Part shown: positions 24,583-25,070 of the stretch, in pieces | Layout of the letters: the number at the start of each line of letters is the position of its first letter | Position numbering within the stretch: position 1 is the stretch's first letter | Source: Deinococcales bacterium | GTDB taxonomy: Bacteria > Deinococcota > Deinococci > Deinococcales > JAAFIG01 | Length of the DNA stretch: 25,070 nucleotides | Assembly (NCBI GenBank): GCA_043778225.1 | Contig: JAYWGM010000046.1 | Coordinates: 1-25,070, forward strand | Reading direction: 5' to 3' | Position numbers and translations under genes: made by a program | The notes under the pieces: generated by a model | What the model was told of the DNA's origin: nothing | What the model saw: the letters and a program-made list of their open reading frames with translations, nothing else | Databases searched by the model: none

Positions 24583-25070
24583 ATGTTACTGCGCCTACTG
24601 ATTACGATTCTTCTAAGTCTGGGCTGGTCGTTGGCGGCAACGCCTTCGGTCAGCACTTTTTTGAGTGAATTGCGCTCGGGTGGAGTTGCCAAAGTCGAAA
24701 TCTCGCCCAATGGCAGCGCTCGAGTGATTCCCAATAAAGGTCGTAGCGTTTTTAGTACCGAGTATCGCGTCCAATTGATTGTTGATAAAAGTTTATTTGA
24801 TGCACTCGAGTCGGCTCGAGCCAAATTTGATACCAATTACAGTGTTGTGCGGGCTTCACCAACGGGCGATTACATCATGATTGGTATTCAGGTGGCTGGC
24901 TTGGGCATTTTGGTGGTGATGCTGGTTTTACTGATTCGCTCGCGTTCGGGCGGTGGCGGTGATAACGCGGGTGGAGCAATGAGCTTTGGGAAATCTCGAG
25001 CTAAACAAATCGAGAAACCAAGCACCCAATTCAAAGATGTAGCTGGTTGCGACGAAGCCAAAGAAGAACT
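24583..25070 (+). CDS. ftsH: ATP-dependent zinc metalloprotease FtsH, 5' part (runs off the window; absent from the ORF track)
   Basis: Hand translation: MLLRLLITILLSLGWSLA...second hydrophobic segment...GGAMSFGKSRAKQIEKPSTQFKDVAGCDEAKEE, the hallmark entry into the FtsH AAA domain. Confidence 0.9.
   Translation, partial: MLLRLLITILLSLGWSLAATPSVSTFLSELRSGGVAKVEISPNGSARVIPNKGRSVFSTEYRVQLIVDKSLFDALESARAKFDTNYSVVRASPTGDYIMIGIQVAGLGILVVMLVLLIRSRSGGGGDNAGGAMSFGKSRAKQIEKPSTQFKDVAGCDEAKEE

Larger units (their letters stand above)
307..25000. repeat. Dispersed highly iterated palindrome CTCGAG
   Basis: Hand count of about 160 copies across nearly all genes and some intergenic regions, versus about 6 expected (25070/4096). 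Confidence 0.95.

Noticed and set aside
24570..24836. 88-aa minus-strand ORF
   Set aside because: Antisense to the clear ftsH reading frame.
307..25000. CTCGAG as a cloning/XhoI ligation artefact
   Set aside because: Reading frames and conserved protein motifs run intact through the sites in all three frames, which random ligation would not give.
1..25070. CRISPR array, tRNA/rRNA, transposase or integrase
   Set aside because: No regularly spaced 25-45 bp repeats, RNA-gene signatures or recombinase motifs seen; CTCGAG spacing is irregular and mostly intragenic.

Overview
Bacterial chromosomal segment, most likely from a Deinococcota (Deinococcus-Thermus) lineage; this is inferred from gene content and several leaderless-type TANNNT promoters, not from a marker gene. 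It has five parts. (1) A ten-gene ter stress-response operon at 253-9567: PRTase-TRSP, HAD, StiP-like, TerB, HpcH-like lyase, AIM24, TerA, TerD, DUF475/TerC and a TerD-like::trypsin protease fusion, preceded by a nested palindrome and a highly structured riboswitch-like leader. (2) A minus-strand run of P1 peptidase, two DUF1990-like genes, a membrane protein and an RclA/MerA-like flavoprotein, with a divergent arginase-fold gene. (3) An ABC-ATPase + DUF4276 pair and a TetR-CPBP protease pair. (4) A KstR2-like TetR-led acyl-CoA/ester operon: FabH-like enzyme, acyl-CoA ligase::hydrolase fusion, MaoC, solute-binding protein and alpha/beta hydrolase. (5) The 5' end of ftsH. The strongest window-wide signal is the palindrome CTCGAG, hand-counted about 160 times (about 6 expected) and present in all three reading frames, like a HIP1-type highly iterated palindrome. 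All product calls come from motif recognition; no database search was run.
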